Shown here in pieces: positions 62,200 to 64,000 of a DNA stretch of 64,000 nucleotides. The position numbers and the translations under genes were made by a program. Origin of the DNA: Lytechinus pictus (taxonomy: Eukaryota); contig NC_087249.1 of assembly GCF_037042905.1 (NCBI RefSeq), positions 14,880,001 through 14,944,000 on the forward strand, written 5' to 3'. Within the stretch, counting starts at the first letter, position 1; each line of letters starts with the position of its first letter. The notes under the pieces were generated by a model, which made no database searches, was not told where the DNA came from, and worked only from the letters and a program-made list of their open reading frames with translations.

Positions 62200-62277
62200 T
62201 CTTCATCCATTTCTTTCACACAATATTTAAATAAAAGAGTTGCCAAAGCTGTAGTACATGTTTAACTTCACACATTT
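62197..62277 (+). mobile_element. Short insertion in (TA)n: 3' end of the tRNA-containing repeat
   Basis: Matches the reverse complement of 26428-26488; absent from copy A. Confidence 0.75.
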
Positions 62278-63016
62278 ATATATATAATGCCAAATTTCGA
62301 GGCCCTATTATATGTCACCCATGTGGAGGTGCTACCTAATGACGAGAACGTATCTCTGTGGATAAAAAAAAAATTAAAGAAGGACGGGGTGAGAAGTGTC
62401 ACAAGGCAAACACAAGACTCATTATTTCTTTATAGTCACATGTGTAAAAAAGTAAGATGTGATAAACTCACTTTAAAAAGAAATAAATAATGACAGAATT
62501 CATACTTTGCCATTAAAAGATCAGCAACCATCCTTCATTTTCTGTGAATATGGTGATATCTTCAACGTTTTTCTCAATAAGTGGTCTGAAATCCAGAATA
62601 CTCTAAAACTTAGCTGCAGCAAAGCTAATTCTTGGGCAAATAAAAAGAGTTCCCATAAAATATTGCAAGGATCAAACGATACAACTTCCCTGGACTTAAC
62701 TGAAGCAGTAATAGTCCCGATTGATGTTCAAATGATAAAGTTAGCCTATCAGATGTGTATCATTAATTTTGTATGAATCTATCTATATGTATGACATCAT
62801 GGTGGTGCGCGGTCACAAGTATTTAACAACATTGTTATCGTCGATCTTGGCAAAGAGATCTTCGTGAAACGGTTAACGGACAAGACATGCAAGAGCTTTG
62901 GCAACTCTTTTATTTAAATATTGTAAAGAAATGGATAAAGAGAACAATGGTAGGCGTAGCTTAAATCAAGGTTCCCCAGAGCTATCTACCCTTTGGAAAA
63001 ATTGATGCCGAAAAAA

Positions 63017-63088
63017 TATATCTGTCGGGAATCGAACCCGGGCCCCCAGCTTTGAACGCCGATGCCTTAACCACTAGACCACAGAGAC
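63017..63088 (-). pseudogene. Degraded copy of the UCA tRNA-like sequence
   Basis: Same anticodon arm; three substitutions in the 3' strands of the T and acceptor stems. Confidence 0.7.
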
Positions 63089-63379
63089 GGGTTAGTGGCT
63101 ACGGCGACTGGTTATATATATATATATATGATAATCGTACAATTCGATAAATAAAGTTATCTCAGATGACATTTGTATTTAAAAGTAAAACGGAGGGTCT
63201 TAACGAAAAAAAACAAAGCTTGTACAAAAGGCAATCCCCTAACTTAGTTTCATTACAAACTTACAACAAAAAAATATTGGGTCGTAATAATATATAGAAA
63301 TATTGTTTAAAATTTTTGACTCAATTTGACTCAAAACTCTTACGCCTAGGTGCCCTTTATATTCATAAATCCCAATGTA

Positions 63380-64000
63380 GAATATTTAAACTGAGTCTTT
63401 CACTAGGGTCAGTCCCCGACGATTGGAAGAAAAACAGCTCCTATATATAAAGGAAAAGGTCTAAATTGGAGAAGACAAATTATCAGCCAATATCAGTTGT
63501 CTGTCATATTTAGAAATCAATTGAAAAAAACGTTAAGAACAGCTCGTTATCTTCTTGATTACGATCAGTTTGCTTTCTTACCAAATCACTCTACAGTTTC
63601 TTGTTTACATATGGTAGCCGACGAGTGGGACGAAGCCTTTAACGAACATGAAGTTGTTGGAACTAATTATCAAGTCTTAATGCTTAAAATTAGATCCACG
63701 GATAAACTTATTCATTGATGATAAGCCAGTAGAAAAAGTAAAAAAATGTAAGATATCTTGGAGTCGAAATAAACGAAAATCTTGAATGAAATTCATATAT
63801 TGCTCAATCATCCAAAAGTTAAGCTTATAAGATTTTTTTAACTCGGTAAATTACGACATATCCTAAATAAAACCCTACTGAATATATTATACAAATTTAA
63901 TATAGAACCTTGTTTCTACTATGCAATATCGGTTTGGGGAAATAAAATTTGTTCAAATGCACTCTAAAAACTTTTCAGACTTCAGAAACGAGCTGCTCGA
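63380..64000 (+). mobile_element. Decayed CR1/L2 RT fragment (copy B)
   Basis: Duplicate of 26920-27550. Confidence 0.75.

Larger units (their letters stand above)
50345..64000. repeat. Segmental duplication, copy B (runs off the window end)
   Basis: Colinear with 15551-27550, with copy-specific indels. Confidence 0.95.

Overview
AT-rich, repeat-dense animal DNA. The repeat repertoire (SURL/Mag-type Gypsy, Kolobok/hAT/Tc1/Harbinger MITEs, Tsp/HINE-like element, CR1/L2 and Penelope fragments) points to a sea urchin; that assignment is inference. The only host gene I can support is an uncharacterised multipass membrane protein on the minus strand. Copy A has coding exons 19641-17760 and 16600-16326 (~718 aa). 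Copy B (54583-50958) lies in a ~12-13.6 kb duplicated block and is broken by a LINE-tail insertion plus a homopolymer frameshift. A third, older 3' relic lies at ~37.8-42.8 kb. The rest is nested mobile DNA: a Gypsy 3' half interrupted by a 9-bp-TSD element with a hairpin at each end, a near-intact full-length LINE, and many MITEs with readable TSDs. Highlights: (1) a complete 72-nt tRNA cloverleaf with a UCA (opal-reading) anticodon and Pol III terminator, inside a (TA)n-associated repeat; (2) three Penelope-associated minimal hammerhead ribozymes; (3) two families of 9-bp-TSD transposons with little or no TIR but subterminal hairpins; (4) a decayed intronless TatD-like nuclease; (5) the orphan membrane-protein array itself. 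All alignments and identities were judged by eye.
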